Virus record (IMG/VR): IMGVR_UViG_3300037584_004943
Span: 1-55,322 of that record
DNA length: 55,322 bases
DNA from: a virus
Lineage: Duplodnaviria > Caudoviricetes
Direction: 5' to 3' (one strand)
Part shown: one piece after another, positions 35,200 through 45,631 of the stretch
How positions within the stretch are numbered: the stretch's first letter is position 1
How the letters are laid out: the number at the start of each line of letters is the position of its first letter
Position numbers and translations under genes: made by a program
Notes under the pieces: model-generated
The model's database searches: none
Told to the model about the DNA's origin: nothing
Seen by the model: the letters and a program-made list of their open reading frames with translations, nothing else

Positions 35200-38100
35200 A
35201 TGTTTGAATACGAATTAGACGGTGAAGTATTACAATTCACTCAAGAAGATGTTGATAACAGAGCTAAAGAAAAAGGCTTAACAACGGAAGATTATTTAAC
35301 TCAGCATCCAGAGGTAAAACCTGTAGAGGTGGAAAAGACAGAAGACGTTGCGGAGCCGGGTGTGGCTGTAGCGTCAGAGACTACAGCACCCGACGTTTCG
35401 GCATCCAGCTCGGAGGATACTTCTTCGGATTTACCAGCAGCGAGTGATCAAGAAGAAACAGCTATAAAAGCAAAATCATTAGGCTTTGATGTTGTACCTG
35501 GAGCTAGACAAGAAGGAGATACTATATATGGTGTAATGTTGCCAGAAGCTAAAGCTAGCCCACTGACAGCTGACGAACAATTTAAGTTAAAAGAAACTCA
35601 ACTAAATGTAGATATTGAAAACTTTACTGAGCAAGAATCTAAGGCTAGACAATCTTTAGATGAGTTTAAAGCTCAAAACTTTGATAACAATATAGAATTA
35701 AACGCATTATCTAATCAAGCAGAAGAAATAATAAGAACAGTAGGCTTAGATAGATTTAAAAAAGGTTTAGCTGCTAAGCCTGTTTATGATGAGTATAACA
35801 AAATAATAAGCAAACAAAAAGAACTGCTAGGGCCGCTGTCAAAAGAATACGGCGGTATGGTTGATGCTTATAACGAGATAGCTAAGCAAGGTCTTCCTTT
35901 AAATGATAGATTAGAAGAGTATAATGCTGAGGTAGCAGAGAAAAACAAAAACAAAAGTCCAGAAGATATAAAAGCCGAGCAAGCTCTTAGAGAAGGTAAA
36001 AAAGAGTTATACGCGTTAACTAGAGGTGTTCCAAGTTATTTAGCTCCATACTTCGCTGGTATAGACGCTTTTGCAGCTACTACTATAGGAGGTTTAATAG
36101 AATTAGTAGACAACTATGGCTACAAACCTGCCATAGCTGCTATAAAATCATTAGATCCAGAAAAATCGTTTGAAGAAAGTTTAAGAGAAACTATTAGCGA
36201 AGGTTATGATATAGATACAGACTTGTTCTATGAATTTGCTGAAGAAATGAATAGTCTTCAGTCTAAGTTTTATGACGACGAAGGAAAAGAGATAGGAGCT
36301 ACAGACTTGCTATTAGAAGGAAGGGTTTTAGATGCCGCTGCTGTAATATCTGAACAGGCGGTTGCTTCAGCACCTTCTTTTGCGCTTTCTGTAGGTATGC
36401 CTGTTGCTGGTTCTGCTATATTAGGATTATCTGTGGCTGGTACAGAAACTAAAGAAAACTTAGAGAAAAGAGCTAGCGAAGGCTTAGGTAAAGCTTATGC
36501 TAACGGTGCAACTAAAGGTGCTAATGAATACTTATGGGAGTTCGTAGGTGGTAAAACTTTTAGAGCTATTAAAAAAGCTAGAGGCGTAGATGTGTCTGAA
36601 GAGCTTGTTAGAGAGTTACCTAAAAATATTTATATTCAAACTTTAAAAAAAGCTGGTTTAGGATTTGGTGGTGAAGGTTTTACAGAAGCGTTGACAGAAG
36701 CTAGTAATTTAGGAGCTGACAAAATTATTTATGGAACTGAAGTAGAAATAACCCAAGCTCTAAAACAGACTTTTGATGCTTTTCTTATAGGTGGTTTTTT
36801 AGGTGGTCCTGTATCGGGGGTTACTGCAAATATTAATAGAGTTCAAAAAGAACAAGTGTTTGAAATGATGGCGCCTGTAGAGTGGCAGCTTGAAAACAAT
36901 AAATACGAGCTTCAAAAAGCTCAAATTAAAAACGACTTAGATAAAGCGCCTGACGCAGCCAAGCCTTATATGCAAGAAAAGCTAGATGAGGTTACTAAAA
37001 AGCAACAAGAAGCTAAAGATAAAATATTCAAGGCTTTTGATAGTATGAGTCAAGGGGAGCTTGAAGCCTACGCTAAAGAGTTTGATAGCATTAATAAAAA
37101 AGCCTCTGTAGTTAGTAGTAATAAAGTTTCAAAAGAAGCTAGAACTCAAGCTGAGCAAGACATTAATCAAGCTTACGCTAACATGGAAGGTCTTATAGGC
37201 GAGTCAATAAATACCGCTTTTGAAAAGCAAGTGGTAATGGCTAAAGAGTCTATAAAAAAAGGTAAAGACTTTAGAAAAGGTGTTAAAGGTTTATTAGGTG
37301 CATTAAAAAATAAAGGTGCTAAAATACAAATGAACTTTGGTAGCCAAGAAGAGTTTAAGGCACATCTAAGAGAACAGCAGTTAGATCAAGAGGCTGAGGT
37401 TATAGCTATAATTCAAGGCATGAACGAAATAATAGCTGATGAAACCGCAGATCAAGAGACTAGGCAAGAAGCTATAGATATAAAAGAGTTTTACACTCAA
37501 TATCAAAGAAACCAGTTAAACGCTATTGAAGGCGCTGCTTCAAGATATGGTAGTGCTACACCTAATGCCGACGGTTCGTTTAGTATATTTGTAAACGACG
37601 ATGCTGAAATACGCGACGGTGTTTTTACTACAGATGCTCACGAGTTAGGTCACGCTATAGTATATTTGGTATCAAAAGGTAATCCAGAACTAGCGGCTCA
37701 GCTTGGTAAAGAGCTTAAAACTGAAATAGATGCTAGAGCTGAAGATTTAGAAGGTACTGTTTTTCAAAGAAGATATGAAAGCTATACTAAAGAAGAAGGA
37801 CAAGAGTTTGAAATATTCTCGTTAGCTGTAGAGTCTATATCTGATGGTGATTTACAGTTTAACAAAGGTTTGCTTGAAGGAATAAACGACGGTTTTAGAA
37901 GATGGTTTAAATCTGTTACTGGTAAAGCATATAGCTTTGACTCAGGCAAAGACGTGTTTAACTTCTTAAAAGATTATCAAAAATCTATAGAAAAAGGCGT
38001 TGTTAACAAAGGTCTTGTTAATACTATAGTAGACGGAGCTTCTGGTAAATTAACAGAAGGTTATGCTAAGGCTATAGCTATTGATCCAGACGAAAGAGAG

Positions 38101-41100
38101 CAAGAAGAGCAAGGTCAAACTACGTTTTCAAAAGAAATTAGTCCTAAAGCTCAACAATATTTAGAACTTGAGATTGACAACGAGTCTTTAGTAGATATAA
38201 TTAACTCAAGATCGTCTTCTGCAGAAGAAGTTTTCGGAGGAATCGACGCTTTAATTGAGAAAAATTGGCCTATAATTAGCAACGCTATTAAGTTTAATCC
38301 TACTGGTGAAATATCAATGGACGCTGTTAAAGAAGCTGTAGCTGAGCAAATGCAGGGAGTATTTCCTGAGGTTGAGCTTGAAAATGGTAGAAAAATAAAC
38401 CGTAAAGGACGTTTACTAGATACTTATAACAAAACAAGAAAAGTAACAACATTTTTAACTGCTACTTTAGGACCTAGAACAGCTGAAATACTTTCTAGAG
38501 GTAAACAAATAGATGCAAATACTAGAGCTGCAAGCTTAGATAAAGCCGCAGGAATACAAGACGACTCAGCTCAACCGTTTGCTGAAGAAAGTAGCACGTA
38601 TCAAGAGGCTAAGCCTAAAATAAATATACTTAAAGACTTTGCTGGAGCACAAGAGGATAAAATAGTTTCTATATCAAAGCCAGTAGAAGGAGATACTTTT
38701 AAGCAAATTATAGAAAAATACGCTGGTAGATCTGGTCAAGAAGTATTTGGCATACCTGCTAAAAAAATAATGGAAGGCGGCGCTAACTTAATACCTACTA
38801 CAAAAATCAAAGAAGGTATGGCCGTTCCGTCTGAAGCCTTGCAAATACAAAGATTTTTTGGTGCTGCACAAAACTTAGAAAACTTTGTTAAAACTTTACC
38901 GCTGTACAATGTTACTGAAATGACAGCTGACATAAATAGACAGGGTGAAAATATAGAGGTTTCTAGAGACACGTATGGTGTTGCTATAGGGTTGAAAGGT
39001 TTACCATTAGATTATTTCTATGAAGGCTTTACAGATCCAACTGGTGTTATGACATCTCCTAAGGGTAGAAGCAAAGGATTAACGTCTCAAACTCCTGTAA
39101 AAAAATTAAAACAAAAGTTTAGAAAGCCAACAAAAGAAGTTTTAGATCAGCTTAGAAAAGACTTAGGTATAACTCCTGCTAAACAAAGAAACGAGTATAC
39201 TAGAGATATAGGGCAGTTACTAAAAGGTCTTGCTAAAGTATATTCTATCAACGCATCGTTATCTGGAGCGCAAAGAAACCAAGAAGCTAAGCTAGAAGAA
39301 GCTAAAAAGCGAGGAGCTAAGCCAGAAGAGATTAAAGCTATTAAACAGCAAACAGCTGATATTACAGCTGCGCAAAGTAAAACAGCGTTTAGTAAAAATT
39401 TTGGTATAGTAGACGGCATTATAGAATCTGAAGGTATGATTGAATCTACTTTTGAGATAGATCAAAATCATATTAACAAAGTACTTGACGTTCGTGGTGT
39501 TAAAAAAATACACGACTTTAAAACTAAAGAAAGTATTGATGAGTTCTTTGAAGATGTAGAAAATATAATATTACCAGAGTTACCTAAAGAAGTTGCTACT
39601 AGTGGATTCTTTTTCAAAAGCGATAGACATATACCCGCTAAGTTTAGGAAGAAAATTATTGAAGTTGATGGCAAAAAAATTCAAATTAGAGATTATTATA
39701 AGCAAAAAAGAGATGAACTTTTTGCTAATGAAAACTTAAAGTTTGGCCCTCCATTTAAAGGTCCTGGTTCAAAATATAAATATGGAGTTAAATATGCCAC
39801 GTTGTTTGGCGCTACCGAGGCTGAAATAAGAAAAACTTTCAAGAAAGGTAAAACTAGAGGGAGAGGTAAAGATGCTATAACTCAAACGGTAAAAGAAATA
39901 AATGCGATGAACATGAGCATGCATGAGCAGCTTTGGGATCGTGTTAATAAATCTATTAGAAAGAAAAAGAGCAACGCTAGAGTTTGGGGTAATTATTTTA
40001 GTTTTGTTGGAAATAATACTGAACATCCACATAGAATTGGCGCTGAGTTAGTTGGTTTTTCTAGAAAACCAAAAGGCGCTGATGGAAAACTTTACGAATG
40101 GGAGCACGCTATGCCTGCTACTAGAGCTTACTTGTATCTTTTAAATGCTAGCTTAGGAGGTTTTGATTTTAAGGCTTCTTATGGGTTAATACAAGAAAAC
40201 TATAAGTTGATAGCTTTAGATAATTTTTATGATAAAAAAAGATTAAAACCAGCTGGTAGGACTACTAGCATGGGCGAGGGATGGACTGTAGTAGATAGTT
40301 TTTTAAATAGATATTTCGATAAACCAGTTTTCGATATTGATGGTGGTATACCACCTAGTAGTATAGAAGGTTTTAACGGTGAAACTTTTGACAATATATA
40401 TAATATAAATGCTGAAGGAAATCCTAAAATTGTAAAACCTATTGGTAACAAACCGGTTATGAGCGAGGCTATATCTAACGCTAGGCCTGTTATGCAGTAT
40501 AGTAAAAAAGCTACAGGTATGTCTACGTTTGACTTTGATGAAACGTTGATTATAGATGGTGAAAACTTTATTGTAGCTACTAAAGGTGATGACGTTCAGA
40601 GAATATCATCTGGCAACTGGCCGCTACAAGGGCCTAAGTTTGCTGCTGATGGCTATGAGTTTGATTTTACAGATTTTGTAAACGTTAGAGGTGGTGTTGA
40701 TGGACCATTACTTCAGAAGATGAAAAATCAAATCAAGAAGTATGGTACTAAAAACGTATTTGTATTAACGGCTAGACCTCAAGAGTCTGCTACAGCAATA
40801 CACGAGTGGTTAAAAACTAAAGGTATTAATATACCGTTTGAAAATATTACCGGCCTAGGTAATAGCACTGGTGACGCTAAAGCTGCTTGGTTCTTAGATA
40901 AATACGCTGAAGGCTACAACGATATGTATTTTGTAGACGATGCTATGCCTAACGTAGACGCCGTTAAGCACGTGTTTGATCAACTAGATATTAAAGGTAA
41001 ATCAGTACAAGCTAAAATACAGTTTAGTAAAGGATTATCTACTGAGTTTAACAAAATGCTTCAACGTACTAAAGGTGTTGGTGCTGAAAAAATATTCTCA

Positions 41101-43140
41101 AGAATAGGTGCTCAAAAGCGTGGTAAAAACGTAGGTAAGTTTACGTTCTTTGTACCGCCGTCTGCTGATGATTTTGCTGGGCTACTAAGATACTTTGTAG
41201 GTAAAGGTGAGCAAGGTAATAAAGACTTAGACTTTTTTAATAGAGCTTTAATTAAGCCTTTTGCTAGAGCTGATAGAGATATGAAAGAAGCTCGTCAGTC
41301 TATACTTGACGATCACAAAGCTTTACGTAAAGAACTACCACAAGTAGTTAAAAAGCTTGGTAAGATGATAGATGATAGCGGCTTTACATTTGATAACGCT
41401 ATTAGAGTTTATCTTTGGGATAAAGCAGGTTTTGATATACCAGGTTTGTCTAAACGTGATATTGCTTTTTTAACTAATAAAATTAAAACAGATCAAGATC
41501 TTAAAACTTACGCAGACGTTGTAGGGCAAATATCTAAACAAAAAGAAGGTTACATAGAGCCTAGTGAGTATTGGAATACTGAAAGTATAGCTGCTGATCT
41601 TCAAAACGTAGTTAATAAACAAGGTCGTAAAAAGTTTTTAGAAGAGTGGAAAGAAAATGTAGATATTATATTTTCACCTGAAAACTTAAACAAAATAGAA
41701 GCTACATACGGATCAAACTTTAGAGAGGCGTTAGAGAATATTCTTTGGCGTATGGAAAACGGTACTAACCGAGCTAAAGGTATGGGTCGTATAGAAGGTG
41801 CTTGGAATAACTGGGTTAACAACTCTGTTGGTGCTATCATGTTCTTTAACGCTAGATCTGCTGTGTTACAGACATTATCTACGGTTAACTTTATTAACTT
41901 TGAAGAAAATAATATATTTGCTGCTGCTAAAGCTTTTGCTAATCAAAAGCAATATTGGAAAGATTTTAGCTTCCTGTTTAACTCGGACTTTTTAAAGCAA
42001 AGACGCGCTGGTCTTCAAACAAATATAAATGAAGCTGAAATAGCTAACGCTGTAGCTGGAGCTACTAACAAAGCAAAAGCTGCTTTACAATACTTACTTA
42101 AAAAAGGTTTCTTACCTACACAGATCGCAGATAGCTTTGCTATTGCATCAGGTGGTTCTACATACTATAGAAATAGAATTAAAAAGTATGTTAAACAAGG
42201 TATGAGTCAAACTGAAGCTGAAACTCAAGCTATGGAAGACTTTATGGAGATAGCTGAAGAAACTCAGCAATCTGCTAGACCTGATCGTATATCACAACAG
42301 CAAGCATCGTCACTTGGTCGTATAATACTAGCATTTGCTAATACGCCTATGCAGTATAATCGTTTGATTAAAAAAGCTGCTGGTGACTTAGTTAACAAGC
42401 GTGGTGATTGGAGAAGTAACGTTTCAAGAATAATATACTACGGAGCTGTACAAGGTATTATATTCTCTGCTTTACAAAATGCGATTTTTGCTTTAGCTTT
42501 TGATAATGAAGAGCCAGAAGAAGATGAAATAAAAACTAAAGTGAACCGTACTTTAAACGGTATGATTGACTCGTTATTGCGTGGATCTGGTTTAGCTGGA
42601 GCTGTAGTGTCTACTATTAAAAATTCTATAATGGAATTTATAGAACAAAAAGAAAAGAAAGGTAAAGCAGATTACGCTTACGTGTTAGTAGAAGCTCTTA
42701 ACGTTTCTCCACCTATTGGTTCTAAGGCTAGAAAGCTTTATACAGGAGGTTTAAAAACTTATGAATATAACGGAGATGTTATGGGTGAGTTTGATACATT
42801 TGATTTGGAAAATCCGCTATGGACTATTACAGGTAATGTTGTATCTGCCACCACCAACGTACCACTTGATAGAGGTTTTAGAAAAATAGATAATATCAAA
42901 GAAGCTTTAAATCAAGATAACCAAACGTGGCAAAGAATAGGTGTAGCACTTGGTTGGGATCAATGGAACTTAGGTATAGATCCTTACAAAGACATTAAAG
43001 AAGCTGAAAAAAAGCTAAAAGAAAAGAAAAAAGAAGAAAAAAAGAAAACTCAACAGCGTTGTACAAAGATTAAATCTGATGGGTTTAGATGTAAAGTAAT
43101 GGTTGACAAACCAAAGAAGAGATGTCACTACCACGACTAG
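35200..43140 (+). CDS. giant multidomain internal virion (polyvalent) protein with zincin, HAD and C-terminal CCCH finger
   Basis: Gly-rich hydrophobic segments; HELGH; DFDET...LTARP...K...FVDD; terminal RC..IKSDG.RC...RCHYH. Confidence 0.75.
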   Translation: MFEYELDGEVLQFTQEDVDNRAKEKGLTTEDYLTQHPEVKPVEVEKTEDVAEPGVAVASETTAPDVSASSSEDTSSDLPAASDQEETAIKAKSLGFDVVPGARQEGDTIYGVMLPEAKASPLTADEQFKLKETQLNVDIENFTEQESKARQSLDEFKAQNFDNNIELNALSNQAEEIIRTVGLDRFKKGLAAKPVYDEYNKIISKQKELLGPLSKEYGGMVDAYNEIAKQGLPLNDRLEEYNAEVAEKNKNKSPEDIKAEQALREGKKELYALTRGVPSYLAPYFAGIDAFAATTIGGLIELVDNYGYKPAIAAIKSLDPEKSFEESLRETISEGYDIDTDLFYEFAEEMNSLQSKFYDDEGKEIGATDLLLEGRVLDAAAVISEQAVASAPSFALSVGMPVAGSAILGLSVAGTETKENLEKRASEGLGKAYANGATKGANEYLWEFVGGKTFRAIKKARGVDVSEELVRELPKNIYIQTLKKAGLGFGGEGFTEALTEASNLGADKIIYGTEVEITQALKQTFDAFLIGGFLGGPVSGVTANINRVQKEQVFEMMAPVEWQLENNKYELQKAQIKNDLDKAPDAAKPYMQEKLDEVTKKQQEAKDKIFKAFDSMSQGELEAYAKEFDSINKKASVVSSNKVSKEARTQAEQDINQAYANMEGLIGESINTAFEKQVVMAKESIKKGKDFRKGVKGLLGALKNKGAKIQMNFGSQEEFKAHLREQQLDQEAEVIAIIQGMNEIIADETADQETRQEAIDIKEFYTQYQRNQLNAIEGAASRYGSATPNADGSFSIFVNDDAEIRDGVFTTDAHELGHAIVYLVSKGNPELAAQLGKELKTEIDARAEDLEGTVFQRRYESYTKEEGQEFEIFSLAVESISDGDLQFNKGLLEGINDGFRRWFKSVTGKAYSFDSGKDVFNFLKDYQKSIEKGVVNKGLVNTIVDGASGKLTEGYAKAIAIDPDEREQEEQGQTTFSKEISPKAQQYLELEIDNESLVDIINSRSSSAEEVFGGIDALIEKNWPIISNAIKFNPTGEISMDAVKEAVAEQMQGVFPEVELENGRKINRKGRLLDTYNKTRKVTTFLTATLGPRTAEILSRGKQIDANTRAASLDKAAGIQDDSAQPFAEESSTYQEAKPKINILKDFAGAQEDKIVSISKPVEGDTFKQIIEKYAGRSGQEVFGIPAKKIMEGGANLIPTTKIKEGMAVPSEALQIQRFFGAAQNLENFVKTLPLYNVTEMTADINRQGENIEVSRDTYGVAIGLKGLPLDYFYEGFTDPTGVMTSPKGRSKGLTSQTPVKKLKQKFRKPTKEVLDQLRKDLGITPAKQRNEYTRDIGQLLKGLAKVYSINASLSGAQRNQEAKLEEAKKRGAKPEEIKAIKQQTADITAAQSKTAFSKNFGIVDGIIESEGMIESTFEIDQNHINKVLDVRGVKKIHDFKTKESIDEFFEDVENIILPELPKEVATSGFFFKSDRHIPAKFRKKIIEVDGKKIQIRDYYKQKRDELFANENLKFGPPFKGPGSKYKYGVKYATLFGATEAEIRKTFKKGKTRGRGKDAITQTVKEINAMNMSMHEQLWDRVNKSIRKKKSNARVWGNYFSFVGNNTEHPHRIGAELVGFSRKPKGADGKLYEWEHAMPATRAYLYLLNASLGGFDFKASYGLIQENYKLIALDNFYDKKRLKPAGRTTSMGEGWTVVDSFLNRYFDKPVFDIDGGIPPSSIEGFNGETFDNIYNINAEGNPKIVKPIGNKPVMSEAISNARPVMQYSKKATGMSTFDFDETLIIDGENFIVATKGDDVQRISSGNWPLQGPKFAADGYEFDFTDFVNVRGGVDGPLLQKMKNQIKKYGTKNVFVLTARPQESATAIHEWLKTKGINIPFENITGLGNSTGDAKAAWFLDKYAEGYNDMYFVDDAMPNVDAVKHVFDQLDIKGKSVQAKIQFSKGLSTEFNKMLQRTKGVGAEKIFSRIGAQKRGKNVGKFTFFVPPSADDFAGLLRYFVGKGEQGNKDLDFFNRALIKPFARADRDMKEARQSILDDHKALRKELPQVVKKLGKMIDDSGFTFDNAIRVYLWDKAGFDIPGLSKRDIAFLTNKIKTDQDLKTYADVVGQISKQKEGYIEPSEYWNTESIAADLQNVVNKQGRKKFLEEWKENVDIIFSPENLNKIEATYGSNFREALENILWRMENGTNRAKGMGRIEGAWNNWVNNSVGAIMFFNARSAVLQTLSTVNFINFEENNIFAAAKAFANQKQYWKDFSFLFNSDFLKQRRAGLQTNINEAEIANAVAGATNKAKAALQYLLKKGFLPTQIADSFAIASGGSTYYRNRIKKYVKQGMSQTEAETQAMEDFMEIAEETQQSARPDRISQQQASSLGRIILAFANTPMQYNRLIKKAAGDLVNKRGDWRSNVSRIIYYGAVQGIIFSALQNAIFALAFDNEEPEEDEIKTKVNRTLNGMIDSLLRGSGLAGAVVSTIKNSIMEFIEQKEKKGKADYAYVLVEALNVSPPIGSKARKLYTGGLKTYEYNGDVMGEFDTFDLENPLWTITGNVVSATTNVPLDRGFRKIDNIKEALNQDNQTWQRIGVALGWDQWNLGIDPYKDIKEAEKKLKEKKKEEKKKTQQRCTKIKSDGFRCKVMVDKPKKRCHYHD

Positions 43141-43173
43141 TAAACACTCGCTTAAATATGTAATTTAATAATT

Positions 43174-44202
43174 ATGAAAAATTTATTACTAATAGTATTA
43201 ACTTTATGTTGCTTAAGCTCTAACGCTCAGTTTAAAAAAGCGTTTAAATTTTCAACGTTTTATATAGCAGCTAATGGTGGAACATCACTAGCAGATGACG
43301 ATGTTTACAGTGCTACTAGCGGTATATTAGATTATGATACCGTGTTTACGCCTTACGATTATTCGTTAACAATGGGGATTCGTAAGATCAAGCGTTTTCA
43401 GTATGAAGACATTAGCAAGTTTAAAGATGGTACTGAGTCTGCTTACGGTGATGCTGCCACTATTGGTTTATCGCCTTTTGAATATTTATTTGAAGTAGAT
43501 TATAAAAGACAAGAAGGCATTGAGTATCTTGATCAACAACACTTTATTAGATATGTAAGAGATAAATGGCTTACTAAAGTAGAGTATGTTAAAGATGGTT
43601 TTGCTGATATTGAATATTACGAAGCTACACAAAGATTTAGATTGAACGGTAAAAAGAAATTATCATTTAACTTTGGTGGAGTTACTAGATTAGCTGAACC
43701 ATACGGTTATGATCCACTAGAAGATTGGAAGCTAGAAAATGATTACTTACACTATACTTGTTTAGCTATTCAAGAGGGTTACAGCGTAGATGTTTTTGAA
43801 AGCGAATACAAAGATCCACAAGGAAATGTAATTGCGACTAGTGCTGATGTTTGGGAACAAGTTGTAATACCACAGGTATTAAAAGATTACGTAGAAAAGA
43901 AAAGAAATGAGCTGCCAAATCAATGGCAAAACTCAATAGTTTTAGGTTTTGATTTTTATCACTATAAGAAAAACTTTTGGTTACACAGCTGGGGTAATTT
44001 TATGCCATACCACTACGATGATGGAGGTGAATATTCTTACCACAACTTTATAGGTGGACAATGGTATGATTATTCTGGTGGTTTAATATTAGGATTAAAA
44101 ATAAATAAAAGCCTCGGCTTGTTTGCTGAAGGTAAATATAATAAATACTGGAACAGAGAGTGGTATGATTTCAAGCTTGGAATTAACTACGTAATATTTT
44201 AA
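43174..44202 (+). CDS. putative outer-membrane beta-barrel protein
   Basis: Signal peptide ...SSNA|Q; alternating aromatic strands; C-terminal FKLGINYVIF beta-signal. Confidence 0.7.
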   Translation: MKNLLLIVLTLCCLSSNAQFKKAFKFSTFYIAANGGTSLADDDVYSATSGILDYDTVFTPYDYSLTMGIRKIKRFQYEDISKFKDGTESAYGDAATIGLSPFEYLFEVDYKRQEGIEYLDQQHFIRYVRDKWLTKVEYVKDGFADIEYYEATQRFRLNGKKKLSFNFGGVTRLAEPYGYDPLEDWKLENDYLHYTCLAIQEGYSVDVFESEYKDPQGNVIATSADVWEQVVIPQVLKDYVEKKRNELPNQWQNSIVLGFDFYHYKKNFWLHSWGNFMPYHYDDGGEYSYHNFIGGQWYDYSGGLILGLKINKSLGLFAEGKYNKYWNREWYDFKLGINYVIF

Positions 44203-44205
44203 CAA

Positions 44206-44481
44206 ATGGCAAAAGAATTAAATGAAGATACTGGTTTTAATATAAGTGTTAAAACGTTAATAGGTATAGGTTTTGGTATGGCAACTCTTATTGGTATGTG
44301 GTTTACTCTGCAAGCAGACATATCAGAAGCTAAAGAGTTACCAGCTCCAGATATTACCCGCATGGAGTTTGACATGAAAGATCAAAACGTACGACAGACT
44401 ATTATGACTACACAAGAAGATGTTAAGGAAATAAAAGATGACATCAGACGTATAGAAGATAAAATTGATCAACTACGATAA
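44206..44481 (+). CDS. single-TM coiled-coil protein
   Basis: TM LIGIGFGMATLIGMWFTL then C-terminal heptads. Confidence 0.7.
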   Translation: MAKELNEDTGFNISVKTLIGIGFGMATLIGMWFTLQADISEAKELPAPDITRMEFDMKDQNVRQTIMTTQEDVKEIKDDIRRIEDKIDQLR

Positions 44482-44807
44482 TGAAAAAATACTATAATTT
44501 AATACTAATGTCGTTGTTATGTACATCGGCATTTGCTCAAGTTGAAGCGTATCATTTTAATGCTAGTTGGAACGAAGCTAATAGTGTTGAATGGTTTGGT
44601 AAAATATCTGACGCTGAAAAGAAGTCAATGAGTATTGACGATGCAGCTATACAAAAGAAATACGAAATATTAATTGTACCTACAATTGTTATATTTGATG
44701 ACGGCGAAGAAGTTGAACGTTTTCAAGCAGATCTTAGTTTTCAAATGCAAGCTACAAGAGAAGAGATACAAGATTATATTGACGAACTTATAATGAATAA
44801 ATTTTAA
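44481..44807 (+). CDS. exported thioredoxin-fold protein lacking CxxC
   Basis: Signal peptide ...SAFA|Q; FNASWN in place of the active-site motif; KYEI..VPTIVIF.DGEEVERF. Confidence 0.7.
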   Translation: MKKYYNLILMSLLCTSAFAQVEAYHFNASWNEANSVEWFGKISDAEKKSMSIDDAAIQKKYEILIVPTIVIFDDGEEVERFQADLSFQMQATREEIQDYIDELIMNKF

Positions 44808-44809
44808 TT

Positions 44810-45631
44810 ATGTTAGGATTAGGAAATAGTATGACTGGAGGAGCTGCTCTTAAAGCTGCTTTTGCTCCCGCAAGCCTTGGTAGTTTAGATATACATTACG
44901 ACTTTAGTACATTAACAGGAAGTGATGACGACGCTGTTGCCTCTTTTGCAAACGCTGGAGCAGGTGGAAGTGATTATAATCTTTCAAACGCGACTGGATC
45001 ACAACAACCACAGCTTAGCACCGACGAGATGAACCTAAACTCTCTTCATTTTGACGGTAATGATAGAATGCAAATGGCTAATGCGTACTTAACAACTGAT
45101 AAAACTTTTACTTTTTTCTGTGTTTTTACTTCTGATGATTTAGCTGCAGATACTTTTTTTGCTGGATCTGACGCTGGTAATGATCAAATAGGTACTTTTA
45201 ATACTATAAACGTCACGACAAGATTTAACGCTGACGCGGGCGCTAATCATAACTCCGCTTTGTATATTAAAACAAGCACTACAACTGGTGATGAGTATGA
45301 TCCAGATGGAGACGGAAGTTTTAACAACTCTGATATTACTACAACAGCTTTTACTTTTAGCGCGTCTACTACCCATGTGTTAGTTATAACGAGAGACGCT
45401 AGCAACACTGTTAAAATATTTAACGAAGACCAAAATTTAATAGGCGCAGGTACTTCCAAAACAAACGGTCAAGCTGATACTAATTTTGACGTACAATGGA
45501 TAGGGTCATTTAGCAGCGGTAGTAGTTCAGCTCAAGGAACAATTGGAGAAATAGGTTTGTATAATAAAACGCTATCAGACAGCGAAGCGCAAACGCTAGC
45601 AGGTTACTTAGCAACTAAATGGAATGCATAA
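44810..45631 (+). CDS. LamG/concanavalin-like beta-sandwich protein
   Basis: MLGLGNS start; LHFDGND; G.IGEIGLYN..LS..E...L..YL..KW. Confidence 0.75.
   Translation: MLGLGNSMTGGAALKAAFAPASLGSLDIHYDFSTLTGSDDDAVASFANAGAGGSDYNLSNATGSQQPQLSTDEMNLNSLHFDGNDRMQMANAYLTTDKTFTFFCVFTSDDLAADTFFAGSDAGNDQIGTFNTINVTTRFNADAGANHNSALYIKTSTTTGDEYDPDGDGSFNNSDITTTAFTFSASTTHVLVITRDASNTVKIFNEDQNLIGAGTSKTNGQADTNFDVQWIGSFSSGSSSAQGTIGEIGLYNKTLSDSEAQTLAGYLATKWNA

Noticed and set aside
35200-43140. crAss-like virion RNA polymerase
   Set aside because: No DxDxD catalytic motif seen; the only DFD lies in a HAD motif I context (DFDET) with matching motifs II-IV
44481-44807. Active thioredoxin
   Set aside because: No CxxC; the only Cys is in the signal peptide
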